The position numbers and the translations under genes were made by a program. The notes beneath the pieces were generated by a model. It did no database searches. It saw only the letters and a program-made list of their open reading frames with translations, and was not told where the DNA came from. A stretch of 64,000 nucleotides of DNA from Lama glama (Eukaryota): contig CM052828.1 of the NCBI GenBank assembly GCA_028534125.1, positions 60,202,001-60,266,000 on the forward strand, in the 5' to 3' direction. Below, piece after piece: positions 13,031 to 25,416 of the stretch; the first letter of the stretch is position 1, and each line of letters begins with the position of its first letter.

Positions 13031-13714
13031 CACAAGATGAGTGGGTTTTAGGGCACACAGGCTGTGCTGCGGGCGCAGAGAAGCCTTCTGGGAGATAACA
13101 CACCCAGAGCTGTGCGTTTTCCAGTAGATAAGATTTAGCCAAAGGAGGGAAGAGGAATGTTTGGTGACTGAGTGAATTAACAAGTGAAGGACTCGAGTCA
13201 GAAGGGGAGTATTGGGAATTACTAGAAGAACTTTTGGTGAGGGGCATGGAGGTGACAAGCAGAGCAGTTTGGGCTCAAACCTTGGCTCGCTTCTGTAGGC
13301 TTGCTGACCTCAAGTCGGTGACTCCGTTTCACTGAGTTTGTAAGTAGACTCATGAGAGTGTGACCATAAAGGTTTGTCATGAGGCGAAAACTAAAACACC
13401 CGCCCTCCCACCTGATGATGTGTGCTCTGCGCAGCCGTCTGTTTCATTTCCAGGAGAGGCGAGACACGTCTTCGTGCACCTGGAATAGAAGAATCGCTGT
13501 CGGAGTGAAAACGTTCCCTTTCCTCCAAGCCCCGCCAGCACCACCTGTTGCTGAGAGCACAGGGGCGCCCCTTCCCTGTGCAGCTGTCCACGAGCACCAC
13601 GCGTGTTCGACCCTGCTCCACAGGTGCCGGCCAGTGGGCCAGGGCGGGAAGAGGGAAGGAGAAAGCATTTTAGAGCAGAGAAGATGATAGCATTGCTTTC
13701 AGAGTAAGATTTCC

Positions 13715-15190
13715 GATCTCGAAAACTCAAGAGAATCAACTGAAAAACTATTAGGATAATACCAAGGATGGTAGGTGGCTAGTCACAAACTGAATCTTCA
13801 AAGACGGGTAGCTTTCTTACATACCAGCGATAGCCCGAAAATACAATTAAGGAAGCATTCTGCTCATTTGGCAGTAGCTGCAAAAGTTTACCTGAGAATT
13901 AACTTGACAAAAGCTGTTTAGGACCCAACTGAAGAAAATTATAAAACTGTACCGTGAGACAAGAGAAAAACAGAAGATTTGCATGACTGGGGAGGCACAC
14001 CCTGTGCCTAGCTGGAAAACCGAATACTGCAGAGGGTGCTTTTATAGTTCCTGTACAATTCCTGTAAAAACTTCAATGAGACTTTTCTTGGAACATGAGA
14101 AAAGAATTCTAAATTCTATATGTAATAAACTGGTAGTAAAAACTTATAAAAACACATTAAATATTTTCATCGGATATTCAAACAAATTACAAAGTTATAA
14201 TAATGAAGATGGTGTTTTGCTGCTCTCAGAGCACTTGGACATACTAATAGACCAAAAAAAAGAAAATCCCCAAACGGACTCAAATGTATATTTAATACAT
14301 GAAAAGTGTAATACTTCATTCAGCGAGGAAAGATTATTTTATCTTGAAAGCTGAAATAGTTGGTTAACTGCAAGAAAAAAGTTAATTACCTAACTCCATA
14401 TATCATATATAAACAAAAACGGATTAAAAGATCAGATGTGAAAAATGAAATCAAACAGTAGGAAGAAAACACAAATGGATATTTATATAATCTTGGGGGT
14501 GTGGAGACTAAAGTGCACACATAAAGTAAATTTGAGAGCTTTGGCAACAACAACACATTTTTTTTTGTTCAAAATATATATTAACATAAAATGACCAACT
14601 AGGTGACCCATTTGCAACAGAGACATCAGCCATGACACATCTGACCCTCTGTGTAGAGGGGTTAGAAGGCGAGGAAGTGAAGATGAACAGCCTGGTGGGA
14701 AACTCAAAGGCAATGCAGAAAAGCAGAAATACAAATGGCTGGTAACCCCTGTATAAAACTCATCATCTCCAGCAGATCGTGGAACACTGGTTAAAACGAG
14801 ATGTCATTTTCATCTGTTAAACTGGCGAAGGAAAATTATGAGCGTCCCCAGTGCTGGGAGGGCAGAGAAACGGACACAGTCCTGCATTAATGACACAAGT
14901 AAAGGCTGCTACAGATATTTTGGGGTGTAATTTGACCTCAGGAGTTTTATAAAGTATAAATGTTACCTTTCAGCCTAGCAGTTTCTTGTCTCAGAAATTA
15001 CTACAAGACAAAAATCAAGAATATGCACAAGATTTTTATGGTAACATATTCACAGTGTTACATATAATTGCTAAAAAGGTAAAGATGGCCTACATGTTTA
15101 CTGAAAACATGTAAAGTGTGACAAACCCATAAAGTGCTATACTGTTCAGCTGTTAGAAATGAATGTTTAGGCTCTAAGAAGATGTGAAAA
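13715..15190 (+). mobile_element. Ancient L1 (L1M/L1ME-type) ORF2-3'UTR relic
   Basis: A-rich strand with L1 ORF2 motifs (gaaaactcaagagaatcaactgaaaaactattag; gaattaacttgacaaaa; gaagaaaattataaaac; attctaaattctatatg) and many stops. Confidence 0.8.
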
Positions 15191-15584
15191 ACCGTGTACT
15201 GCAGATGTCAAGCAGAAACAGGCCCCTTCCTGGCCATCTCGCTCTGTCTCCCTCTCTGGAGAAGGAGAAGAAGTTACATGCAGATGACGGAAGTTTGAAT
15301 AATTTTATTTTCTTCTTTGGGCTTTTTAGAGCTTACCCAGTTTTCTACAGTGAAACTGTCATTTTTCTTTTTAATCCAAGTGGAAAATGTTGCTTGAAAA
15401 TGAAATCGGCGAATGTCAGTAGTTTGCTGAGCTCCCTGAGCCGCTCGGACGTGACTTTCATACCCGACGCGGTGTGTCCGCACTGACAGTGCCCGCGTCC
15501 CTCCCGGAGACCCCGGCACAGTAGAGGCCCTGGGACACTATGCGCTTTACTTGGCATCGTGGGCCGTCCGGGCTGCTTTACACA

Positions 15585-16388
15585 CAGCGGCGGCTTAAGC
15601 AGCTGACGGTGATTCCTCACGGTTCCAGAGGCAAGAGTTTCTGGAGATGAGGCGCCGGCCCCGTGAGATTCTGGGACGTTTTCTTCCCGGCTTGCAGACG
15701 ATGACTTCTGGTGTCCTCGCGTGGAGGAGGGGGAGAGGACTCTGTCAGCAAAATAATAAACAACCAATAATAAGAATAGAAGAGAGTTTTATTTGAGCCC
15801 AACTGGGGACTAGCGCAGAAGCCCGCTTCCCAGATGACTGAGGCGCTGCTTCAGAGAAGCAGGGTTTTTAGCAGTTTTATGTCTTGTCAGAACAAAGAAC
15901 ACTACGCAAGTCAGGATTACGTTTCTTCAAGGTTTCAAAAAAAGCAACAGACCAGCACTGCGCAGCGAGTCAGCGTGGCCTTGGCACCTGGGAAGGGAGT
16001 CTCACCATCAAAGGAGGACAAGCACTGGTGTCCCAGGAAGAGGGGCATTTCACCTTTGTTTTTGATATGGACCTTCTTTACTTCTGGTCAATGTGCCCTT
16101 TTCTTTAGTAATTGTAACAATTGTACAGTGTACGTTTGATGGGCCACAAACAGCTATTTTGGTGAGCATGAAGTGCAAGTTAGCTCCCGTAAGCCAGAAT
16201 GGCTTCCCTGTATCTCAGAACTTCTTTTATCAGACCTCTCTGGGGCCTCTTTTATACGGGCACTGATCCCATCTCGGGGCTCTGCCCTGACGGCCTGCGA
16301 CCCTCCCCCACCTCCTCCTGCCATCACTGTGGGGCTAGGGTTTCAACATACGAAAGTTGGGGAGACACGAGCATTCAGACCACAGCAG
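15585..16388 (-). mobile_element. MLT1A-like MaLR LTR split by a nested LTR (halves ~15585-15742 and 16233-16388)
   Basis: The left half ends gtgtcctcgcgtggaggagggggagagg. The right half resumes ctctctggggcctcttttatacgggcactgatccc...gcattcagaccacagca, collinear with the recalled consensus. Confidence 0.8.
15743..16232 (-). mobile_element. ERV1-like solo LTR (490 bp, TG...CA)
   Basis: Starts tgtcagcaaa and ends ttttatca. Antisense AATAAA in gagttttatttgagcc. Flanks gactc / gacct(c). Interrupts an MLT1. Confidence 0.75.
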
Positions 16389-17417
16389 CTGACTTTAATG
16401 CTACGGAGTATTTGGGGGAAGGGGTTGGAGAAAGAGTCAGACTCACGATGACCAGATAGAGGGCGTCTCAGCGTAGCTGTTTCTCGGGCGCTTCACCACT
16501 AGAAGCCCGAGGCGCTGTGCCTGGTGCTCCCTGTCAGCACCTCCGGCTTGTTTTGGGAGGGGCCCTGCTGGGAAGGCCCCTGTGAGCTCGGGGGCTTCTT
16601 CCCGGGGCCCTTCTTTCTGAAAAGGGGCTTCTCCCAAAGGGCAGTTTCCACTGTTGGAAAGTCATCCCGGGAGGAACCCGAGCTCTCGATCTCAGTAACA
16701 CTGTCTCTGCTTAGAGCCGCTGGGGGTGACACTGAGTGTGGCCCACACAGCATTTTCCTCCCCGTTCCCTTCCTTGCGCAGCTCAGAGGGGGTGCATCTC
16801 GGCTCCAGGCGCCTGTGGAAGGGCCACGCGTACGTCTGCACCGAGTGCTCCGGGTGCACAGCAGCAGCTGATGGTATGTTATTCCCCCACTCGCTGAACG
16901 CAGAGGAGGAGAGGCTCAGTGCTCTGTAGGTTAATTTGGAATGTTTTTTGTTAACAAACACATCTTTTTAAAGTGCAAAAAAAAAAAGAGAGAGAAAGAA
17001 AGGCAAAATGAAATCTCTGACAACCCTAGTTGTCCTGGCTGTGTCTTTGCAGTGGAGTTGCCTGTCTCCTGCTCAAGAATTCAAATGAATTTTGAGAATC
17101 TCCTTAGAAGTGACAGCCCGAAGTGTAGGAATGATAAACGGCTTTGGCCTGGATAATTTTTATTAAGCACTAAATGTCACATTTAACCTGCATTACCGAA
17201 AGCAATTACCCGTGTATCAACAGTCAAGCCTCGCGGAGCGATGCCTGGAGCAGCACATTTGCCTCCATCTGGGAATAAGGATTTTCAATTAGGAGGCAAA
17301 TGTCTGCGGAGGGGCTGGGGTCCTCCACGGCTCCCAGAGGAGGCCCGCCGAGCCGAGGCTTCGCACCGACATCCCGCCAGTGTCAACAGATCAGCCCCAG
17401 CCATCTGCTGCCAGAGC

Positions 17418-17573
17418 NNNNNNNNNNNNNNNNNNNNNNNNNNNNNNNNNNNNNNNNNNNNNNNNNNNNNNNNNNNNNNNNNNNNNNNNNNNNNNNNNNN
17501 NNNNNNNNNNNNNNNNNNNNNNNNNNNNNNNNNNNNNNNNNNNNNNNNNNNNNNNNNNNNNNNNNNNNNNNNN
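17418..17573. other. N gap (156 bp)
   Basis: Run of N. Confidence 1.
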
Positions 17574-17837
17574 GCGCAGCAGATGAGCCGCAGCCCGGGA
17601 GGGAGACTTTATCCTGGCTAAATTGATTTCAATTGATTTTAATTTGCCGATGGCACAGTTGTAGGTTTAACGTGAGCATAGCCTGGAGCCCCGTTTTCTT
17701 CCCTTTCTGGAGGGAGCCTGTGGTTGGCTTATGTCTTGGCCCCATCACTGTGGGGAAGTGGCCTCAGCAGGAGGTTTGCCTCACAGACACAGGCTGCCAT
17801 GGGCTCCTGAAAGCGATACTTACTGTGTCTAATCAGA

Positions 17838-18032
17838 CAGGGTCATGTTGCCAGTTAACACCCAGTTAGACTGGATTTCAGATAAGCCAGGAAGAATTAG
17901 ATTTGGATTTCAGATAAACCTTGGATTATTTTTTAGTGCATATGTGTGGTATGGGTATATAGTTCTTTGTTTATCTGAAATTCACATTTAACTGGGTGTC
18001 TTGGATTTTGCCTGTTAACCCTGGCCATCCCA
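17838..18032. mobile_element. MER53 palindromic hAT MITE
   Basis: Inverted arms acacccagtta/taactgggtgt and atttcagataaac/gtttatctgaaat. Matches the recalled MER53 consensus. Confidence 0.85.
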
Positions 18033-18236
18033 GCTAGGGGCCACTTTGTCCGGGAGCAGGTTTTGCCTCTATCTGGGTAGTTCCCCTGCTGCAGAGAAGT
18101 TCTTGTCCCGGAAAATTGGAGTTGGGATCAGAATTTCTACTCCCAGGCCAGATGTTGGTTGTAATCTGCACACACATACTGTCTGAGAGTGAGAGCCATG
18201 TTTCTCAGTCGGCCGCTCGCCCTGGTGGAGCGAGTC

Positions 18237-18584
18237 TGTTACGTGCTGAGCGCTTTGTGTCCCCCCCCCCCAGACTCCTATGGTGAAGCCATAGGGGTGA
18301 GGAGATGGGGCCTTTGGGGGGTGATCAGGTCATGAGAGTGGAGCCTTGTGGTGGGGCCTGTGCCCTTAAAAGGGAAGACAGGAGACATGTCCTCTCTCTC
18401 CGCCTCCTCCCATGTGAGGACACAAAGAAGGTAGCGGTCTACAAACCAGGAAGAGGGCCCTTGCTGAACCCCGACCGTGCTGCACCCTGATCTCCGACCT
18501 CGGCCTCGGGAACTGAGAGGTACATGTGTATTGTTTATAGGCCGTCCGTCGGTGGTGCTTTGCTGTCACAGCCCAGCTAAGACA
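18237..18584 (+). mobile_element. MLT1A-like MaLR solo LTR, full length
   Basis: TG...CA (tgttacgtgctgag...cccagctaagaca) with an imperfect 5-bp TSD GAGTC/GAGTG. Internal gtgatcaggtcatgagagtggagcc and catgtgaggacaca. Confidence 0.9.
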
Positions 18585-19774
18585 GAGTGACGGGCTGGCT
18601 CTTGTCGTGCCGCACAGCTAATTAGGGTCAGGACCAGGGCCTTGGCTGGCATTATCTTCTGGTGACAAGCAAGGCTCTTCCTCGTGTCATTGTCGTGGCC
18701 CAGATGGAACCCACGTGCACGGGGACTCAGCTCCCTGTTCTGGCGTCCCTGTGGGCACCCCCTGCGCTGCCTTCCCCCCAGGCCCGTCCCTCATGGACAC
18801 AGAGGTTGTGATCCTCCCGCCTCACCCTGTTCCGTGTCTTCACTACGTCACAGGACCACTTTCAACCTGGTCCATGTCGTTACGTTCATTCTGCATTGGT
18901 ATCATCCAGATCTTAAGTTCTCTGTTTTTTTAAAAATATGTTTTTATCATTTATTCAAGGCATTTTTATTGCATACCTACTTAGACAAAATGCTGAGCTA
19001 CTTCTGAGGGAGTCAAACTAAACGTGGGGTCTAGGCCCCTGTAACAAACCCCTGGCCTGTGATGCCCAGTCATTTCATCCTGGTATTGAGACCTCAGAGT
19101 TTCCTCTTGGAAGGAGGGCTGCCTGGGTTGCTGAATGCCGCCCTGATGGTAGCCAGGAGGACAGCTTTCCAGAGCTGTTTCTTACGGTGCCTTTTGGACG
19201 GGCCACCGGTAAACCCAGGTCCAGTGCAGTAAGAGTCGTAGAAAGGGGCCCCAGAGTAACTCTGGACATGCTCGTGGGCTGGCTGGCGCTGAGCAGAGCG
19301 CTGGATGCCCACATCCTCACCAGCCTTCCTAGTGGTGATTCCTCTCGGGAACTGTGACGGGCACCCAGCAGCCCTGGCTGTCAGTCAGCCACGTACGTTT
19401 TCGCTGCCTGAACAGAGCCTGCCATGCAGCTACTTAATGGGGCTTGAAGTTGAGGGCCAGAATCAGCTGTCCCCCAGACGTCTTCATTCCTATCCACCTT
19501 CCCGGGGTTTTTGCCATCCAAGGGCCACTAGCATATAATGAGCATTTTCTTTAACTTAATTTCTGCTTTAAGACTTAAAGTGTGATTTTCTAAGTTACTG
19601 TTTTAGCTTGTAAGTGAGCAGTACCGTGAAGTCATGGGTTTGATGCCCACGTTCACTCTTCTTGTCTTGTTACTCGGTTCTCCCCCCATCACTACAATTG
19701 CTGTGTGTGTCCTGAAAATCACACGGTCCCAGGGTGGGTGGGCCATTGGGGTCCTTCAGAGAAAATGAGGGCCT

Positions 19775-20150
19775 GCATTCCCTGAGAAGCCAGCTGTCTG
19801 GGAGGGGCCACGTGCAGGACGTTTGTTCTGGAGGGCTCTGGGGCCTACCTCTGAGGACGGAAAGGAAGTGGGATTGGGGCTGGGAGAAGTCAGGCTGGGA
19901 GCAGCCTCAGGGAAGGCCCCAGCTGGCCCCACGGGTGCCCCAAACCTGGATGGCCTTTCAGAGGTTTCGGAGGGGGGCGGGAGAACCTGCACTTTCCACC
20001 CTGGGATTCAGGCTACCCTTGGGTTGCACCCCTCCCAGTGACCTTGGGTGAGGCAGCTCTCTCCCTCCAGGGCAGCTCCTGACAAGGGATGACAGCTGAG
20101 GGTGGCCCACCAGCCACACATCCCGTGTCTGGAGAGCAGGACCTTCGCCT
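19775..20150 (-). mobile_element. LTR16-like ERVL LTR
   Basis: aaggaagtgggattgggg...ggatggcctttcagag...gtgaccttgggtgaggcagctctct...cagctgag matches antisense LTR16A. Confidence 0.7.
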
Positions 20151-22854
20151 GGAGGTGAGGCTGGAGAGGACCTGCTGCCCAGGGAGGAGGCAGCGTGGTG
20201 ATGGCTGGTGCTTACTTGCCACGTGCCGCAGCCCGTTAGACCTTGTGTTACAGGCCCTCCTGAAAGACGGATGAGAAAGGCATTTTGTCACTGCCATCTG
20301 TATATGACAAAGCTTTCATGTAGAGATGGCAGAGAACCTGGCCCAAGGCTCCACACGGGGAGTGGACGAGCCACAGTGTGAAGCCAGAAGGGCTACCTCC
20401 AGGGCCCACCGCACTCTGAGGAGTTGAGTTCTGTGTCTGCACACGCACACACGTATGTATCTCCTTTATACACTTGTGCAGTTACACATCTGCACGTGCA
20501 TGTGTATGTGGTGTGGTATGTTTGTAAATATATCCCACCCTCACCTGGTATGCTAGTTCAGATGCTATCAGAGGTGATAGTACACGAAAACATCCCTTGG
20601 TTGTTGGATGAGATAAAAATATTACTTCCTATTGTGAGTTGAAGACCATTCAAAAAGGAGGGAGGCCCAGACTCCAGAGAATGAGGATGAGTCAGCTCGT
20701 GAGGGCGAGGAGGCAGGGCTCCAACGCTGGGAGTCCAAGTTTCTGGCCACCATGACCCCATCACAGCCACAACCACGGGGGCGAGTGAAGCAGCACTCGA
20801 ACATCCCCCCAGGAAGGGAGGCGCGGCACAGCGTCCACCCCAGTTCAAGGAGGAGAACCTCACAGTCCACCTGGTGAAGGAGCCGGACTCTCCAGGGAGC
20901 AGGGCTGGCACGAGGCCCCTTCCCCTCCAGACGCAGCCACTGCTGCTCCCCATCTGGCCTCCGGCGCAGAGGGTGGTCTGGGAAGCAGAGCGGTAGAAGC
21001 TGCCAGAAGAACCTGTGAAGTGTGTGTCTCTGCGGTGTCCTGTGGATGACTTGCTGTGGATTAAGGCCTTGAAATTTGGATGCAGGTCAGCATGGCTACA
21101 GCTCTTTTATCCTGGAAGAAAACCCCAAACAACTTTTATAACAGGTGCTCATCTCAGCCTTTAGGAAAAAATGTAAGTAAATTACCTGTGTAGCAGTGTA
21201 GAAAAATGCCGTACTGTGAGCCTCCAAGATAACCAGGTGGCTGATTGCCTCAGAGATAACAGAAGGCATTAACTTGCTGCTTGAGATGGTTAATTGTAAC
21301 CTAGCTGAGTAATGGTGCCTGGTATCCACACTGTGGAGCTGAATTCCGGAGTGTATCAGGTCCTTGTTAGTGACGCTAGAACCGGGCCAGCTGCAGTATA
21401 CTCGCGCTTTGATTTTCCAGGGGGCAGAGTGGGGAAGCAAGTGTTCGGGCAACTCATCCAAAAATATACGAGGTTAAAAATGTTCTCTTGTTTACCATGT
21501 GAGAAATTATCATGTGATTTATCAAAAGGGTTTTGCTACCCGTGTTGACACTTGATGTAGCATTAAGGGGCAGATTTTGAATGTGTTCATCACTCGCGTT
21601 TCTAAATTGGGCACATATAATTTAGCCCGGCTGGATTATTCTCACATATGCAAAGGTTGAGGATGAATCAATAAAAGCTGTAAATACGTTTGCTTTATGC
21701 CAGCTTGAGTTCTGCAAGTCTGCAGACAGCATCTGGTGTGCTCTTCCTGTACGTTGCTGTCCTGGGACGCGGGACTTCCCTTCGAAAAGTAAACAGGTGA
21801 CCACAGAAATGGTGTGATGGGTGTCATGGAAGGTCCTCGGCTGAAGACGGGTGTGTGATTTCCATTCTAAGAACGGCCAGGATCCCTCCAGGCAGGGCTC
21901 GTTTATTTAAGACAGTTGAACTCATGAGCGTCAGAGTTCATAATTCAATTATGGAGGCAGATAATCTTCCTGGGGTGGTTTATTTAACTTCTGATTTTTA
22001 ATTAATTCTGCTCCGTGAGGGAATCGTGAGGGAATCCTGCGGAGAGCAGCCTGGGCCCGCAGTCCCAGGGCTGCTGGTCTCGTTTTCAGCAGCTGCGCCC
22101 GGGCACGTGCACGGCGTAAAATGCTCCGCCCGGCCTCCGCCTCCTGGGGCCAGCGTCCTGTTGTAACACCTCGATCACCGTGTCACCCCAGTCTGGGGGA
22201 CGGTTGTGTTTCTCCTCAGGGGCACTTGATCCACGGTGGGCGATCACTGTGTTAATTGATCAGGTGAAACTTTCTAGAAACCATTGGGCTGCATCTTAAC
22301 CCTGCAGAACCTGCTCATGGCCCCCACCCCACTCACCTCCACCAGTGTGGACACTAAAACTAAGTAATAATGGCAGATTCAGCTCCAGGGAAGACTGTTT
22401 AGTTAGAGCCCCGTGCTCTGTGCCTGTCCTTTGGGGGCCCAGCATGTGACCCTAATTTTACCTCCTACGTGGATCCTCACTCCTGCCCCCTTCTCCTCAG
22501 GGCTAAACTGTGACTGACTTGAGTGCCCTTGGGTTCTGACTTCTCCCTTCCCAGACCTCTTGACAGAGGTGAGGGTGTCGGGTGGCCCTCACCAGTGGAG
22601 GCTGACCCCCGGGGCTGGGAGAGGGACAGTAGCTGGACCCCGAGGAGGACAGAGGCTTTGAAGTGTTGATGATGGATGCCACGTGCTGTCCAGGACAGTG
22701 ATGAGTTGGTGTCAGGTATGTTTGGGGGTGCTCACTGCAGACTTTGTTTTATTATAATTTGCTCACATAGGTGTGTGTACCTCACTCAGTCATCTGGCCA
22801 GTCTTGGGGTGACTGCACAGGACCGGGTGCTGGGCGTCCGAGGTGGGCCAGCTG

Positions 22855-23060
22855 GGAGAAGCTAACTTGTGTGGAGGGAACAGATAGACCCCAGATCTCA
22901 GAGACTGCAAACAGGAAAGGCTTATTTCTCATTCACACGATGTAGGCCTGAGGCCCCGTCGGCACTTCCCTGGGTCCTCCTCCCTCCAGGACCCCTCTCT
23001 GGAATTGCCAGCTGCCCTGGAAGTGGGGCTGGGGTCCCAGAAGGCCTTTGTCCAGCAACT
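22855..23060 (-). mobile_element. Old MLT1 (J/K-like) fragment
   Basis: aacagatagaccccagatctcagagactgcaaac...aaaggcttatttctcattcac. Confidence 0.5.
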
Positions 23061-25191
23061 CAGTGCTGTGGGTCATTATTTTCTTAGCTCCCTTGAGTAT
23101 GAAGCAGTTTTACAAAATTTACTTTGTTTTGTGGAATACACCCTATTCCAAAGTTTTCTCTTGTCTCTTTTACACATATGGTCTCCAGTTCTTTTGTTGC
23201 AGTAAAATTTTTGCAAAAATTTCAGTTTTTTTTCTTTTCCGTTCTTCCTTTTAGATTGGAGGGGAGAAATTCTGTTCAAGACTGAAAGAAAAAAGAGAAA
23301 ACAATTTTTTTTGATACAAAGTGCCTTAGCCAACATCAATAAATAGTAAGTTAGCATTTATATTCCATGAAATTAGAAAGTTAAGTTAGAAATGTAAGGA
23401 GGAGTCTTGATGCCAAAAATTTGGGGATCCAACCAGATCTGATCCAAGACAAGAGCCCGCAGTGATTCTGTCTTCACGAACCCGAGGGACAAAAGCGGGG
23501 CAAGAGCAAATGCTTGTTTCTTAATAATATAATTAATGAGTGAAAATTAAGTTTCCAAATTGTACCTAAGCTCTGTCACTTAAAAATTTTACTCTGCAGG
23601 TGTGTTCCTTTTAAGATTGAGCCTATTAGTAAAGTGTGAAGCATGCATTTAACATGGAATTCTGCTTAGACAACAACCAAAATACAGGGAGGGGACAAAG
23701 GCACAGAGAAGTTCCCAGCCCAGAAGCCCGGGGGCTCGGTGCAGAGCCACTTTCGACCCGACTGCCCCTGCACCCCCAGCTCGGCAAAGTTCTCAAAATA
23801 GAGGCCTTTTGAGGACTGAGCTTTGCAAACCCAAGCCTTTGAAGTGACAGAAAAATCACAGTGCTTGGAAGACCAGCGTCCATGCATCTCTGTAGTCCTG
23901 TTTAGAACTCCCTGTGGTTTCCCACAGTGAGTGATGGGAGCTGGTGGACCACGCTGCGGGCGTCCTCCCCTGAGGGCCCACTGTCCTTACCTGTGGCTTG
24001 TGGGGGAGACGGGTACGGAGACCCCAGCCTCTGATACTGCACGCTCCGCCTCCGTGCCCCACCCCAGGTACGTGGCAGGTGGGCTGGCAGTGCCTCCCGT
24101 GTGCCTGTGGTTGTGTTGCCTACAGAGGTTTGCTTTCCCAGGTGTGCCGACTGGAGCTGCGGTGTGTTGTCACAGAAAGCCGTTGTTAGACAGTGTTCGC
24201 CTCTCAGCAAATCGCAGAGCCTTGACGACTGCTTTGGAGACTTCATACACACACTTTTGGGAGCTAATAATTTAGTTCCATATGCAGAGCTGGAGGAGTT
24301 ATTTAAATAGGTACCATTTGAAGGAATCAAGCAATCAGAGGCTTTCTGGGGGATAATGAAGATTACTCTGAGCTGTTAAACTGGACACACAGCACTTAGA
24401 CAAGCCGTGTCCCTCAGGCATCTCCTGGCTTCCCCTCTTCAGCTGGTTTGTTTATACCAGCAGGACGTTTTTACAGTTTTATCTGGAAACCATGAAGATT
24501 TCTGGTTAATAATATTAACTTGAGAAATAATACTCCTTTAAATGTAGGGAATGAAAAATAATTCTAGTGGAGCCTAGAGCAGGGCTGGGGAGCTTTTCAG
24601 GAGGTAACTTCAGTGCTAACTCTTCAGTGGTTTCCGGCTTCTTTTTTTACTTTCTGGTTTTGTCCAGATTCCAGCTCTCCGTGTATCAGGTCCGTGGCTG
24701 GAGTAAGGGATGACACGCTGCTGTCGCCCCCGCCCTCCGCCGTGTGGGACGTGGAGATGTCTTGCACTTTCACTTTCGAGGCCCTTTAAAGCGGGGAAGC
24801 ACCGTGCGGTTGGTGGTCCGACCACAGCCCCACCAGGCTGTTCCCTCTGAGTCGGTCACTCCCCGTGGGGGCTGCAGGACCTGAAGCACAGCGCGTGGAG
24901 GCAGGCGTGTCTCGAGCCTCCGTGCTCCTGCCTGCAGGTGCCGTGCTGCTACTTCAGAACGTCGGCTGCAGTTACCAGTGTCACCTGTGGCCTCGTGTCC
25001 CCTTTGTTGTCAGTGAGCGGCAGCTGTGATGCGACGTGAGACACGCGCGTACAGACACTGCTTCCAACGACTTCACTGTCCGTGTAATCTCCAGCCACGT
25101 GTGTATGTGCCCGTGTACACTTGCGTGCGCCCACGTGCAGGGATGAGGGTAGAACTGAACTCTGAAGCTGCCATTTAGAAACCTCGGGTGT

Positions 25192-25416
25192 ACTCGAGGT
25201 CTGTCCACATTGCTGCAAATAGCATCATTTTATTCTTTTTTTTTATGGCTGAAAAGTTTCTACTGCACAAGGAACTTATATTCAGTACCTTGTAATAACC
25301 TACAATGAAAAGAATACGAAAATGAATATATGTATGTATATGTATGACTGAAACATTATGCTGTCCACCAGAAATGGACACAGTGTTGTAACTGACTACA
25401 CTCCAATTTAAAAAAA
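25192..25416 (+). mobile_element. 5'-inverted, truncated camelid-type L1
   Basis: An antisense ORF2-end piece (25192-25252) is joined to a sense 3' UTR with A tail. Degenerate TSD on both sides. Confidence 0.85.

Noticed and set aside
13983-14354. 123-aa AT-rich ORF
   Set aside because: It is a chance open stretch in a degraded L1 ORF2 relic.
21145-21172. Possible 28-nt micro-exon (acag|...aat|gtaagt)
   Set aside because: The polypyrimidine tract is poor and there is no other support.
23205-23222. Perfect 18-bp palindrome aaatttttgcaaaaattt
   Set aside because: It is made of low-complexity A/T runs and is likely chance.
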